Made by a program: the position numbers and the translations under genes
Source: Eledone cirrhosa
Lineage: Eukaryota
Assembly (NCBI GenBank): GCA_964016885.1
Contig: OZ024742.1
Location: 252,216,001-252,280,000 of the forward strand
Reading direction: 5' to 3'
DNA length: 64,000 nucleotides
Notes under the pieces: generated by a model
Seen by the model: only the letters and a program-made list of their open reading frames with translations
Database searches by the model: none
What the model was told of the DNA's origin: nothing
Part shown: positions 32,901 through 48,784 of the stretch, in pieces
How positions within the stretch are numbered: the first letter of the stretch is position 1
Layout: each line of letters opens with the position of its first letter

Positions 32901-33765
32901 ATCCGCAGCAAGTGCGACGACGTGCTCGGTGAAACTCTAGGCGTAGAAGAAGACGAACTGGCCAGTCTGTTCGGTAGGACCTTCCGCCCGGGACCGATGG
33001 ACAACTTCCAAAAGTCCCTGGCCTGGCAGTGCTACCGAGGAGCTCTTCCAGTTCGAGACAAGCTCTACAGACATGGCTGCCCGGGCAGGGACCCTGCAAA
33101 AAAGATCTGTCTGAGGTGCATGCGAGACGAAGAAACCGTCGCGCACGCATTCATACACTGCCCGGGCGTCACCGACCTGTGGGGCTATGTAGAACGACTA
33201 TTGTTGCGGGTGGGACCAATCCGGTTGACCACCGAGTCCATTGTCATGATCAAACCGCCACTCTCCTTCAAAAACGAAGGAGAGGCGGTTTTCCTTTGTG
33301 TGATAGCTATGGCGAAAGAGGTTGTATGGTGGACAAGGTTGAAAGGGCTGAGGTCAGACACCTTTCTCTCCGGCTAACAACTGATTCTTTTTTTCAAATA
33401 CCACTTTGGAAGAAGAATCAGGATGGAGTGAGAGGTGCTGTACCCCAGCAAGTTTTATGAAAGGTGGGTGAAAGTGGCGAGAATGGCCCGAGTGAATGGG
33501 CCTTCTCTCTATATCAGCCTGTAGGTTGAGGAAAAAGAGGAGGAGGGGAAAAGAGTACAAACTCTTCGTACTCCTGGAGATGAGGGTTACACATTTTTTT
33601 TTCGGGAGTATGTGTTACCCATATGTAATGTCTCCCCCTATTGGGGAAAATCGACTAATTTTTAAATTGCATTTGTGATAATATTTTACACGTTTTTATT
33701 GTATGTAAACTTCCCCCTTTGTATTTGTCCCCTTCTTTTGTGCTCCTGTGGCTAATAAAGAAACA
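29991..33765 (+). mobile_element. Tx1/L1-type LINE, 5'-truncated
   Basis: GC-rich block with APE, RT and CCHC domains; 3'UTR ends CTAATAAAGAAA. Confidence 0.92.
30113..33523 (+). pseudogene. LINE ORF2 (APE endonuclease, reverse transcriptase, CCHC), disrupted
   Basis: MANIRVGCVNVRGL; SYLDRV, SDHKLV, GYWKLN; KSPGLDG, FRPITLLN, LDQSKAFDRV, RQGCPLS, YADD at 32165; CLRCMRDEETVAHAFIHC; several frameshifts and stops. Confidence 0.92.
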
Positions 33766-33767
33766 TA

Positions 33768-33960
33768 TCTATATATATATATAAAACTGTAGTTGTCAGT
33801 GTGCGTCCTCATTTTTGTAAAGTCTATACAAATCCACATTTCTACTCCGATTGACTTCAAACATGCATTTATATATTCCTTGCGGTATAAAGATATTAAC
33901 TGCAGCTTTTATTTTTCAATTTTCTGTTGTTAAAGGGGTGTTAGGCGATGTCAACTTTGT
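33768..33960 (+). mobile_element. Non-autonomous Helitron 5' end
   Basis: A|TCTATATATATATATAAAACTGTAGTTGTC matches the 5' terminus of 41296-42171. Confidence 0.55.
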
Positions 33961-34146
33961 CAAAACTACTGATATCAGCTTTGCCTGTCATTCTTTCGAG
34001 ATCGATAAAAACAGGTACCAGTCCAGTTATACGACTCCATCATGAGTCACAGGTCCATACAAAATAAGAGAAATGGGTACCAGAAAGTTATTTTTCCCAG
34101 TTCCTGCTTGTTTAGTTCTAATTTTGTGCAGTAAGTTTATATTTTA

Positions 34147-34580
34147 CTAGCAGTGTATCCCGGCGTTGCACGGGTAAGAACATTGATAATAGCACCTCCA
34201 ATGAGAAACTTTTATTTGTGAGTGCCTCTTAAAGAATCACGAAAATATACCGACAGGAAACTTGTTTTATTTGGAGAAAATTAAGAGGTTGAAAGTACAG
34301 TTTAGCTGTCTACGTGCATTGTTCATAGAAATATTCTTTTCATACTCCTCGGTAGTTTTGACAAAGTTGACATCGGTGGACTTACATCGGTGGCATTACC
34401 AGGCGGCATTACCAGGTGGCATTACCATCGGTGGCATTACCAGGCGAATCTCTTAAACATTTGGTCATGAAGACATTAAGTATAACCCGTATGCTATTTA
34501 TATTAAAAATATTACTCGTAACGAACTAAAATTCTGAAAATATAAAACAATGTAAAAAAGATAAGATGACGTAAAACTAT
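34147..34580 (-). mobile_element. Non-autonomous Helitron 3' end
   Basis: Minus strand hairpin CCCGTGCAACGCCGGG then CTAG|T; internal GGCATTACCA tandem at 34371-34447. Confidence 0.7.
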
Positions 34581-34584
34581 TAAA

Positions 34585-37936
<3,352 letters not shown>

Positions 37937-38526
37937 GGTGGCTGCCAACTCGTTTTCGAGTACGGCCACTATTTTATATCCATGTAGGACAACCCCGACC
38001 GATGCACTGAACGAGTGTGACTTTTTAGTCCAGCCAGCGACTTGAAAACTCTGGTACAAACACTACACTTGTGACAATTATTGACACATAGTGCTTTGCC
38101 CTTGGTACCATGTGACAAGTGCAGAGAGATCTCCAGATACAAAGCAATGCCTGTGCCATGAAGCTTTTATAGTGAGCAAAGGCACTGCACAAAGCCAGTC
38201 CCACTCTCTTAACCAAGATGATATTTACCAAAAAGAAGAACAAGTCAACATCATTGGATACCATCAGGGTTGCAGGTGTTATATCAGAGTTTTCCTTCTC
38301 CTAGAATTCTGCCTTGACAAAGGCTAAGGGTCATCTCTCCCGGTGATTTTGGATGGCCATTGACTCTTAAGAGCTCCTTTGCCCTTTGACAGGTTTTGTT
38401 TTTAGTCCTGCAGGATGTCCAAAGTCACCCTCCTCACCAAGAAACCTTGGTGGGGTTGCCAGGTTAGTCGCCAACGACCCGACCATGGGACAGGTTGTAC
38501 TGGGATACATGTTACCAGTAGCACCA
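37937..38526 (-). mobile_element. Probable RTE-group LINE 5'UTR fragment between (TA)n tracts
   Basis: Minus strand GGCGACTAA and TCTAGGAGAAGGAAAACTCTGAT motifs, recalled from RTE 5' regions (not verified). Confidence 0.5.
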
Positions 38527-38894
<368 letters not shown>

Positions 38895-38897
<3 letters not shown>

Positions 38898-39200
38898 AAA
38901 AGGTAAACAGAAATAACAACATAAACAGTACAGTATATGGAGGGAATATATTAGGTTAACGCTTGACATAGTAGGTAGAGGGTCTTAGCGTTTCGGACGC
39001 TAGTCTTTCATCAGATGAAAGAATGAGAAATTAGAAAGATTGAAGGGACGGGCGGGGTGGAATTAGAAAAAAATGTCTTTAGATAAAAATAACAGGTCCA
39101 TTCAAGTTGCCATCTCTTGGAAAACTGTTGATGCTGGGGTTTTGTGTATGAAAAGTGGATGATGAAGCGCGTCTATCTGAAATGGAAAAAAACCGTTTTG
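38895..39200 (-). mobile_element. Penelope-like element 3' end with hammerhead core
   Basis: Minus strand RFIIHF(fs)HTQNPSIN resembles the GIY-YIG C-terminus; CTGATGA-A-AGACTAGCGTCC-GAAAC at 39014-38990. Confidence 0.7.
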
Positions 39201-39679
39201 TATAAAGAGCTATACTTGTGCGCGTGCGTATGCATGTGTGTGTGTGTGTTATTATACGTCCGTACGAAGCTAAGAAGAAATGTGTGTGTATATGTAAGTA
39301 AAAGCGTGTGTGTGTGTGCTTGTAAGTACGAAGCTATGAGCAAAAGTTTGTTAATATAAGGGTGCATATGTGTGTATACAGAGCTGTGAAGGGAAAAGTG
39401 GAGTGTGCATATTTTGTCGGTCTGAATTAGTTGTAAGAGTATAAGTTTCTGACCATTAGAGAACCATAGGAATCTAGGGGTGAATGATATATATTTACAC
39501 ATGGACGCATAACTCCTGATGAAGTCGTAGGTATGCCGCAGTAACAGGCCGGCATGTCTTGGATATTTTAAACCTAGTGGAATGTATCTTCTCACCAGGT
39601 CTTAACACAACCAATTTCTTCCAGAAAAGACGAGTAAATGAATGATAAAGCGGAAGTGAGAAATAGATATATAGAAAGA

Positions 39680-39832
39680 ATTGACCCCAGTACTGGACTG
39701 GTACTTTTTATCGACCTTGTAAAGATGAAAGGAAAAGTTGACCACCGGCGGAATTTGAACTCAGAGCAGAAAGAACTGAAATGAGTACCACAAATATCTG
39801 ATGTACTAATTTTGATGTTCAATTCATCGCCT
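39680..39832 (-). mobile_element. SINE family A, diverged
   Basis: CTGGTACTTTTTATCGACC...GATGAAAGGAAAAGTTGACC...GAATTTGAACTCAG. Confidence 0.75.
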
Positions 39833-40251
39833 CATAGACAAGATAAGAGCACATAAATCTTTTAAAATATATTCTATGAATATATTCTGTGTTATAGGTA
39901 TGCTTTGGGCACAATACATCACACAGTGGTTTGATATTTGTCAGTGATATTCTTAATAGCTGAGCGGTATTTCGTCTTTATTGCCGTTAAAGCTGAAAAT
40001 GCAGATTCTCAAAGAGATGTAAAAGAAAATAGTAGAAAGGCTGCCATTGCTAATTCAGATAGTATTGGAAATTCTAATTTCACTTTCAGCCAAGAATCGT
40101 TTGCTTTTGAAAATTCGAATTTGTAAGTTGAATCGCAGGACAAATATTCAAATTCTTCTGGAGCCTTCAAAGAAAGATATTGCACCCGTTCCATTGCTAC
40201 ATTGAATGGGATTTGAACCCAATCTATTTTACAATTTTCTATTTCTGGTAG

Positions 40252-40558
40252 TAAAGGTATGTAGTTTAGTGGTTATGATGTTCAGCTCACGGTCATAAGG
40301 TTGTAAGTTCGATCCCATGTAGTGAGCACTGTATTTGAACAAAATACTTTATTTAACGCTGCTTCAATCAACTGAGCTGGGAAAAAAATAGTTGTACCTG
40401 TAATTCAAAATAAAAAATCTACTTTGTCGCATAGCGTCATGCTAAATCTCCATGAGAATTACATTAAGGAAGCATGTGTATGTGGAATGTTCAACAACTT
40501 CCACGTTAATTTTACACACTTGGAAAACTCGTCGTCGGAATCGACGAAGATTCAACAC
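40252..40558 (+). mobile_element. SINE family B with TSD
   Basis: TAGTTTAGTGGTTA, AAGTTCGATCCC; TSD ATTTCTGGTAG (40241) / ATTTCTGCTAG (40559). Confidence 0.85.
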
Positions 40559-40911
40559 ATTTCTGCTAGAAAATATTTGCGAAATTGTTTTTCCATTTTG
40601 AACAAATATTCGATTATAATCTGCTTAATCGGATTAAAATAAAATTATTTTCACAGTTAAAATCATCAATACATGAAAACATTTCAAATTTATCACTGCG
40701 TACTGCATGCATCCATGGGCTTCTTTTGTTCTTGAACGCTTCAATTCTAGCCCTTGCCTCGTGTAAGTGGGTTCGTCTTTTGCAGAGATATAAGCCTCTC
40801 AAATGTCTGACAAATAGCATAATTTTCATTGCCAGTTCTCATCATGAATGTATTTTGCAAGATTTTAGTTATTTTATGATAATGCAACATTATTTCGTTC
40901 AGATGGATCAA

Positions 40912-41120
40912 GAGAATCGGTAGAGCGCCGGACGACATGCTTTGCAGCATAGAGTTACGGACCTTTACGTTCTGAGTTCAAATTCCGCCGAAATTAGCTT
41001 TGCCTTTCATCCTTTCAAGGTCGATAAATAAAGCACAAGTAATGCACTGGGGTCGATTTAATCGACTTTCCCCTCCCCTTCAAATTGCTGGCCTTGTGCC
41101 TAAAGTAGAAACAATTATTT
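40912..41120 (+). mobile_element. SINE family A
   Basis: GAATCGGTAGAGCGCCGGAC, CTGAGTTCAAATTCC, GCCTTTCATCCTTTCAAGGTCGATAAA, GTAGAAACAATTATT. Confidence 0.85.
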
Positions 41121-41295
41121 CGTTTTAAAAGGCTACTATTCGTTTTAAAGCTCGTCCTCTTTGACAGCTATCTCTATTCTATATTCAGTAAAGCTTTGTT
41201 GAACTTCGATCCTATATTCTTGCAGAGATTATCGTATAAACATCTATTCAATACATGACTTTTAATGAAGTTAATAATTTTGACTTTATCGTATA

Positions 41296-42171
41296 CTAGC
41301 AGTAAAGCCCGGCGTTGCTCGGGGTCGCTCAGTAGCTGTGTTAAAGTTACAATGTTAAGTTTCTTTTTTGGCTTAAAAACTGTAGTGTCTACTGTGCAGA
41401 CTTGCATGTGGTGTTTTTGATTAATATTCCCTCAACCAACAATATGCCTTATGAAGTTAAGAAAACATAACGATAACCCGAATGTTATAACAAAAGAGGA
41501 TGCTGGGGATAGAAACTGCACTGGTTATTTATTAACAAACATCGAAAATGTAAACACTGCAACGCAGAGAAAAACATTAGCGTAACCAAATTATCAGTTA
41601 TGTCTGTCTGCACGCCTATATCACCTCTCTGCACGACTGTCTGTCTGCACGCCTATATCACCTCTCTGCACGACTGTCTGTCTGCACGCCTATATCACCT
41701 CTCTGCACGACTGTCTGTCTGCACGACTGTCTGTCTGCACGCCTAACGACGAAATATTTGCTTGTTTTACGTAGTCTTTAAATAGACTTGTTTTCAAGTA
41801 AAAATATTGTTTTAAAATGCTTTTAAATGGAAATGAAGCAAAACGGAAGCTTAGTGTTCGAACTGATGAATTTTGCAGGTCAATATTTTGCTGGCTCGAC
41901 AACTGTTAAAGCCAGCGTAATTTTTTACGTAAGACGCTCAATGTAAACAGAACAAAGGGAAATAACTGATCACTTACGCTCAAAAATCGATACATTATAT
42001 TCGATTTCGTCACATAGGGTGGGTGAATTTGAAATTTTTTTTTCCGATGTCTTCGCTAGGGCTCAATGTACAAGTATATCAATTTCGGTGCAATTCCGTG
42101 AGAGATTCTAAGAGGAGATGTGTGCCAAAAATCGATAGACAGACAGACAACCACAGTTTTATATATATAGA
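41296..42171 (-). mobile_element. Complete non-autonomous Helitron (876 bp)
   Basis: 5' TC, 3' CTAG, subterminal hairpin CCCGAGCAACGCCGGG; inserted between A and T; no TSD. Confidence 0.85.
41602..41745 (+). repeat. 37-bp minisatellite inside the Helitron
   Basis: TGTCTGTCTGCACGCCTATATCACCTCTCTGCACGAC x3 plus partial units. Confidence 0.9.
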
Positions 42172-42917
42172 TTACTGCACGTAGCTCTGAATCATCTTTT
42201 TTTATTCTTTATTTACTAATGACTTTCAGGGCTGACAGAAAGCTAAATCTGAATGGCCAGACAGTGATAGCAACCGAGTATATTGCTACTATTATTACAT
42301 GACCGTCGCGCTTAGACCTAAGTTCCTTGTGACCAGATTAGAGCGTCTTTTTTTCGCTTCTCGTGGAAGGGACGTGTTCCCCTCGTTCAGGCGGTCCATC
42401 AATATCTACGCGGACGACTCTGTGCCGTAGCTGATGAATCACAAACATGTGTTTTAGTTGAATAAAGCCTCTATTTCCGTGTATTAGCGATGATTATATA
42501 ATCTTTCTATATCAGAATTTGGGCGTTGTGTTTTAAATGCAGTTATTATTTTTCTTCTTTTTTAAAATCTAGTCTTGCTAGTTCGATTAGCGTCTAATTA
42601 AGAATGCATTGTAACTATAACTTATTATTGGGGCAGCTACCTTATTTTTGTATTTATCTTTTTTTTAATAACTGATCTAAATCCATCGATAATATTCTTT
42701 CCTTTATTGTTTCATAAAGATTTGAATGTATGTGTTTGATCTAATTCACTCATCTCAGTTCTTTTATTATGCAAGATATTAATGTTTTTAATTAATTTTC
42801 CTCTCTTCAAAATTACCTTGTCGTATTTTTCTAATTCGAATCTCGTGTAAATTTCTCCCGTTAACCTATGTACTATCTGCAGTAGTGTTTCTAATTGCTT
42901 ATCACGCTTGAAGTTGT

Positions 42918-43195
42918 GAAGGCGCGTCGCTTTGTGCTTAGGGTGTTCAGTTCACGATCGTAAGGTCGATAGTTCGGTTCCCGATAGCATGTTGTATCCT
43001 TGAGCAAGACACTTTATTTTACATAGCTCTAGTACACTCAGCTGGCAAAAATGAATTGTACCTGAGATTCAAAGAGTCAACCTTGACACGATGAATATCC
43101 CTGATAATTACGTTAACATGTCAATTGATTGGACAGTTATTTTCAAGTTAATTTCATGAGCAGGCTATTCTGTATATAAACAACTAGAACCGACA
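42918..43195 (+). mobile_element. SINE family B
   Basis: GAAGGCGCG head, AGTTCGGTTCC, TGTATCCTTGAGCAAGACACTTTAT core. Confidence 0.82.
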
Positions 43196-44234
43196 AAGGT
43201 CCAACGCACAAACATTATAGACCATATGCAAAATACAAAAATGAAGAAAAAAGAGAATAGTTCACACTAAATCGAATTTAGATTTCTAAACAAATAAAAA
43301 ACACCTTTAAATTCATATAGTCACGCATTCAACGTTATACAACAAAAACAAAATACATTATACTAGAGCATAAGCCAAGTTTACACAAGGAATAAGTAAT
43401 ATTCGGTTATTTAATCATACTTTAATAAAGCTATTTTCGTGTAGGTATGTGTGTGTGTGGGGGGGGGTATATATTTACGTCTATGCTATATTTGTACACG
43501 GCTAGAGTGCCAGTGATCAGAATAATTCTGGCCATAACCAGCCTGACTCTTTAAGACTATATAATTCAGTGTCTCTTTAAGAAAATAGATTGTGATTTGG
43601 CTGTTATTTCTACCACCGCCAGTGACCATGTAGAGGCTCCATTTTGAAATGAAACAATGTATTAAACCGAATGAATTTTGTCCCTTCCTCACCAATAAGC
43701 AGTGATTACGAATACAGCATGATGAAAAAACGGTATGTTCTGAAAGGGTAAACGAAAATGCGGATACAACAGCACATAGACGGGAAAAACAATGTTTCAA
43801 GACGAAAAGATCAACATCTGCTTCAAACGTACTAAACAAAATTGTTCAGACATTTTCCAAGCATCAGACAATTGACGATTAACAAAAAGAAGGAACTGAA
43901 ATACTACGCGGGTAAGATGTGTAAGGAATATTCTAAATATGGTACATTCAAGTGAAGATAAGATTCTTTAGGTGCTCCCATAGAAATCCTCCTCTAGAGA
44001 TAAAAGTGCTATAGATAGGATCAGGAGTTAAATATTACCTATATCTTTTTATAACTACAAGTTGAAATCTTCCAAGGATCTTGTTTTTATAAACGATAAT
44101 AAGAGAAATACCTTAGTCGACGAGTTTGTTGCTTCTTATTTGCAATGACATGCTTCTGACTTCCAGGATATAAATAAATATCTCTTTAACACTCAATCCT
44201 CTATAAATATAATTTTTATTGTCGAAAGTTGATT

Positions 44235-46222
44235 TCCGTACAGGAAATAGAATATCTCAATAGTAGATCAGCAGGAGAGAATCCAAGATCCTCTTTAATT
44301 GAAGTGCGGATACTGAGTAGTACTATGGGGAGGTAGTCGCTCCAATGTAGAGTATCCGGATAGGCACGCAATGCGGCCTTTAACTGGCGATGAAATCGCT
44401 CTAGTATTCCATTAGATGCAGGATGGTAACTGGTAGTCCTGAGCGCCGATGATATTTGATAGATCCGGGAAAAGTTGAGATTCGAACTGCCTACCACGGT
44501 CTCTAGTAATAGTGGTAGGAACTCCGTAGCGCGATATCCATCCTGAAACAAGGGCTCGCGCTATTGATTCAGCAGTTATGTCACTAAGAGGGATGGCTTC
44601 AGGCCATCGGGTGAAATGGTCAATACAGGTCAGGATGTATGAATATCCACGGCTGGCAGGCCAAGGTTCCACGATATCGATATGTATGTGGCAAAAACGT
44701 GCGTCAGGTGTGCTAAATGTGCCGAGAGGTGCGCGAATATGTTTATGCACCTTCGACTTCTGACAAAACAAACAGGAACATGTCCAAGCAGTAATATCAC
44801 GTCTCATATTCGGCCAGAAGAATCTAGCTGAAATGTGTTTCACTGTGGCGGAAATTCCAGGATGTACTAGACTGTGTAGAGAGTCGAAAACTATTCGACG
44901 ATGAGTCTCTGGGACCAGAGAGCGAGGTGAATCTGTTTCAGTATCACACAGAATCTGAGTGTCCGAAGTGGGTACAGGCAGGTATTTGAATTTTCAGGCT
45001 GCTAATTCAGGTGAAGCGATATCCAACGACTCTATGGTGGGCTGTTCTGCAGCCATAAGATGCAAGTCAATATTCGCAGGTGTTGACAAGGAGTTGATAG
45101 GTAGGCGAGATAAGGCATCCGTCGCTGTATTTTGTTCACCAGGTATATGACGAATGTCATTCGTAAACTGGGATATGAAGTCCAAATGATGAGTTTCTCG
45201 AGGTGAGTATTTGTCCGGATTGGAACCAAGTGCGAACGTAAGTGGATGATGGTGAGTATAGATCGTAAATTGTAGGCCTTCCAGTGAATGCCGAAAGTGT
45301 TTGACAGCCAGGAAAATGGCTAATAGTTCGCAGCCGAAGGTGCTATAGCGGGATTCGGCGGCCTTTAGCTGCTTTGAAAGCAAGAGGTTGAAGCTGTTGT
45401 TGGTGATGCTGTTGCAATACTGCACCTACCGCTGTGCTTGATGCATCCACAACCAGCGTAAACTGGGCACCAGATACAGGGTGTGCAAGCAGAGGTGCGT
45501 TTGCTAAATTTTGTTTAGCTTTGGAGAATGCTTCGAGTTGCATGGGTTCCAAAGCGATTGGTTCGTTCTTCTTCTTTCGGTTACGCTGGAGATCAGATAG
45601 TGGAGCTAAGGGTTCTGCGCAATGCGGGATAAACCGTCGATAATAATTTAGGAGGTCCAGGAACTGCCGCAACTGTCGCAAGGAAGTAGGCGGAGGTAGT
45701 TCCTGAAGAGCCTTCACTTTCTCAGGAAGTGAGAATATTCCTTCAGAGTTAATCATGTGGCCTAAAAAGACGAGTGAAGCAGCGCCGAAAATACACTTCG
45801 CGGGGTTAATGCGAACTTGGTACTGCCTAAATCGTTCGAACAGTTGGTGGATGTGCGAGATATGGTCCTCTGGTGAAGCACTCGCGATGAGAATATCGTC
45901 GATGTAACAATATACAAAATCTAGGTCACGGACGACTTCGTCCATAAATCGCTAGAAGGTACTAGCAGCATTGCGTAATCCAAATGGCATTGTTAAAAAC
46001 TCGAATGCACCGAAAGGTGTAGTGACAGCAGTTTTAGGAATCTCCGCAGGATTCACAGGAATTTGATGATATTCTCTGATCAAGTCCAATTTCGAAAAGA
46101 TAGTACATCCATGAACGAAGAAGCGAAATCCTGGATGTGAGGAATCGGGTAACGATCCGGCACGGTGATTGAATTTAATCGCCGAAAATCTCTAGTGGGC
46201 CGCCAGTCTCCGGAACATTTCC
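44235..46222 (-). pseudogene. pol: Ty3/Gypsy pol relic (RT, RNase H, integrase)
   Basis: [106 protein letters not shown]; stops and frameshifts. Confidence 0.93.
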
Positions 46223-46247
46223 ATTGCTACATACACTATATAATACA

Positions 46248-46440
46248 ATAATTGTTTCTATTTTAGGCACAAGGCCAGCAATTACCCAGTACAATACTGG
46301 TACTTTATTTTATCGACCCCATAAGGATGAAAGGCAAAGTTAACCTCGGCGGGATTTGAACTCAGATCATAAAGGGACGTAACTCTATGCTTCAAAGCAT
46401 GGTGTCCGACCCTCTACCGATACTGCCAATCCACCGCCCT
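46248..46440 (-). mobile_element. SINE family A, full length
   Basis: Close reverse complement of the 59671 copy. Confidence 0.9.
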
Positions 46441-46639
46441 ATATAATACAATATAATATATAATATATATATAATATAATATATAATACTATATATATAT
46501 ATATAATACTATAATACAATATATAATACTATATATATAATATAATATATAATATATAATACTATATAATACAATAATGCAAAACACATTGTCTTCAAGA
46601 TAGTGTGTTCGCTCTAGTTTGTTTGTTTGTATGTATGTA

Positions 46640-46725
46640 CACGAGGATCAGCTGAAAAGTTCATAGGCTGACCAAAATACTCTCATGGAATGACCAAATG
46701 AGGTTTATTTTTCAGCATAGTCCCT
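46640..46725 (+). mobile_element. Possible mariner-type terminal fragment
   Basis: CACGAGGATCAGCTGAAAAGTTC resembles mariner TIRs (from memory); no partner end. Confidence 0.3.
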
Positions 46726-46772
46726 GGAAAGAAACAATGCAGTTATTAATAAAAAGAGCTGAAATTAATGCA

Positions 46773-48784
46773 TGTATAACAGGACACTGGGTTGTATGTA
46801 CAATATTTATTTACGAAGATTGAGCTGAGTAGAGCTGAATAGCTGACATGCCAAGAGAGATGAAACAACGAATTAAGGAATTCAGGAGGCACGGTCTACT
46901 GGCGGAAATGTTGCCAGGCCGTGGTTAAATTGTTGTGTTACATGTTGGCTAGTGATTTCACGACGAAAGAAAGTTAGTTGTTTACCTTTTCACAGTCAGA
47001 AATGGAGAGAGTATACCTTCGGCGGAACGCGCCTAGCGAAGGCCAGCAGCCAAAAGGTGAAATGAGAGGGAGATAGCTTTCAGCTCTCTCCTTTATAGTT
47101 CCCTGGACGGAAGTCGCAAAAAAGGTTCTGGAACCTCAACGGGAAGTAACTCCAGCTACTTCCTGTCTAGAGAGCGCTACAAGACTCCCCTCCCAGACGA
47201 GAAGTCGAATGACCAAATGAAATCATTGTAGCGAGAACACGAGGAGCAAGGCAAAAGGTACAAGAACATGAATGAACAAAACATGAACAAGCAACTAGCA
47301 AAATGAGCATACAAAAATTAATGATAGATATCAAGGTAATCAACCTAAAAGAAGAGGTCAAAGGAGCAAAGAAAGGTGCTCGAACATAGTTATTAAAAAA
47401 AGTTCAAATGTTCAAAAATAAAGTTAACAGTTATGTAAGCATATGACAGCAGGAAAGAGAGTGTGTTCTCCAGAGAATGTATGCAGGTGGTTTCTGGACT
47501 GTGGTACAACGTGAAATTCCCAACCTCCGAAGGCGGTGGCATTTTCTCACAGGAAGAGTGCTGCAAAAATAAATTCTCTGTGTTTTGTTCTGCTGGTTTT
47601 GGTTGTTGATAAAGCAAAGATGAAGCTGTGTTGTTGTCTCGCGGAGTGAGATAGCCTATTCGATGTTGTTTCAATTCACAGTAAAAAGTTTCCCAGAAAA
47701 AATGAGTTGCGCAAAGTGCTAGAAATAACAGCCAAAGTTGATGGTCGATGTTGGAACGCGTTGACCTGGATGGGTCAAGAGGCCAGCGACCATAGAAATA
47801 AGCATTCTGAATAAATGCGCAGTTTTCAACGGCAAATTTACGTGGTAAATTTTTAAACCGGCAAATAGGAGACTATAGCTTAAGGCTGGAGAATCCTTGG
47901 CAAGAAACATTATCTATGGCGTGTGCTATCTCAGTGAGTCAAGATGTGTGCTCCTACACACGTGCCGAAACAAGGTTAAAGTCAAGTTGAATAAAAAAAA
48001 TATTTCTTTTGCGCGAGAAAATGGCGCGAAAATGACAGGGGAACATACGTTGGCAGCCATTTTGAAAAATTTGTGTGTGAACGTGACAATATGATGAAAA
48101 AGAAGGAAAGGCTATATTCACTTTGTATAACAAATATGGCGAGAGTTCAATTTTTTTGTGAAAGTGATGAAAAAGTAGCGAAAAAGGCTTAGTTGAATGA
48201 GTAAACGAGCTGTGATGTTCATCAAAATTGACATATTGAATATAAGAAAGAATACAGGAGTCCAAGTCTTTTTTTGAGTATTCGTTGTGAGAAGAACGAA
48301 GGATATATCCAGTGAGTGAAACACATTTAAACGATGTAAGCACGTGAGGTGAAGAGCAAAATTTTTTCTTGTTTGTTTGCTGCTGAGAAAAAGATTACCT
48401 CTATTTTTCGTTGTAGACAGTTTCGGAGAAAAAAATCCACGTGGAATGTTGTTAGAGGAATTTTTCTTTTTGAAATACTGCTAATTAATTTTCTTTTTTT
48501 CATATTCACACGACACCAGATCCTATTATTTTTTTCTCGGGGTCACCAATTATAACAGGATACTGGGTTGTATGTACAATATTTATTCATTTACGAAGAT
48601 TGAGCTGAGTAGAGCTGAATAGCTGACATGCCAAGAGAGATGAAACAACGAATTAAGGAATTCAGGAGGCACGGTCTACTGGCGGAAATGTTGCCAGGCC
48701 GTGGTTAAGTTGTTGCGTTACATGTTGGCTAGTGATTTCACGACGAAAGAAAGTTAGTTGTTTACCTTTTCACAGTCAGGAATG
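46773..48784 (-). mobile_element. Non-autonomous LTR retrotransposon
   Basis: 3' LTR 47181-46773 (TG...CA); PPT GGGAGGGGAGTCT at 47194-47182; partial 5' LTR 48784-48551 near-identical over ~230 bp; PBS TGGTGACCCCGA at 48548-48537 (tRNA-Trp). Confidence 0.85.

Larger units (their letters stand above)
39930..42205 (-). pseudogene. Buster-family (ZBED5/SCAND3-like) hAT transposase relic with three nested insertions
   Basis: VKIINFIKSHVLNRCLYDNLCKNIGS (41290-41200); KLCYLSDI...IEAFKNK...FEMF (40900-40570); WLKVKLEFPILSELAM...ESAFSALTAIKTKYRS hATC dimerisation motif (40240-39950). Confidence 0.85.

Noticed and set aside
43478-43839. 117-aa minus-strand ORF or possible short first exon (MARIILITGTLAV) in non-repetitive DNA
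   Set aside because: No domain similarity and a weak donor; needs RNA-seq
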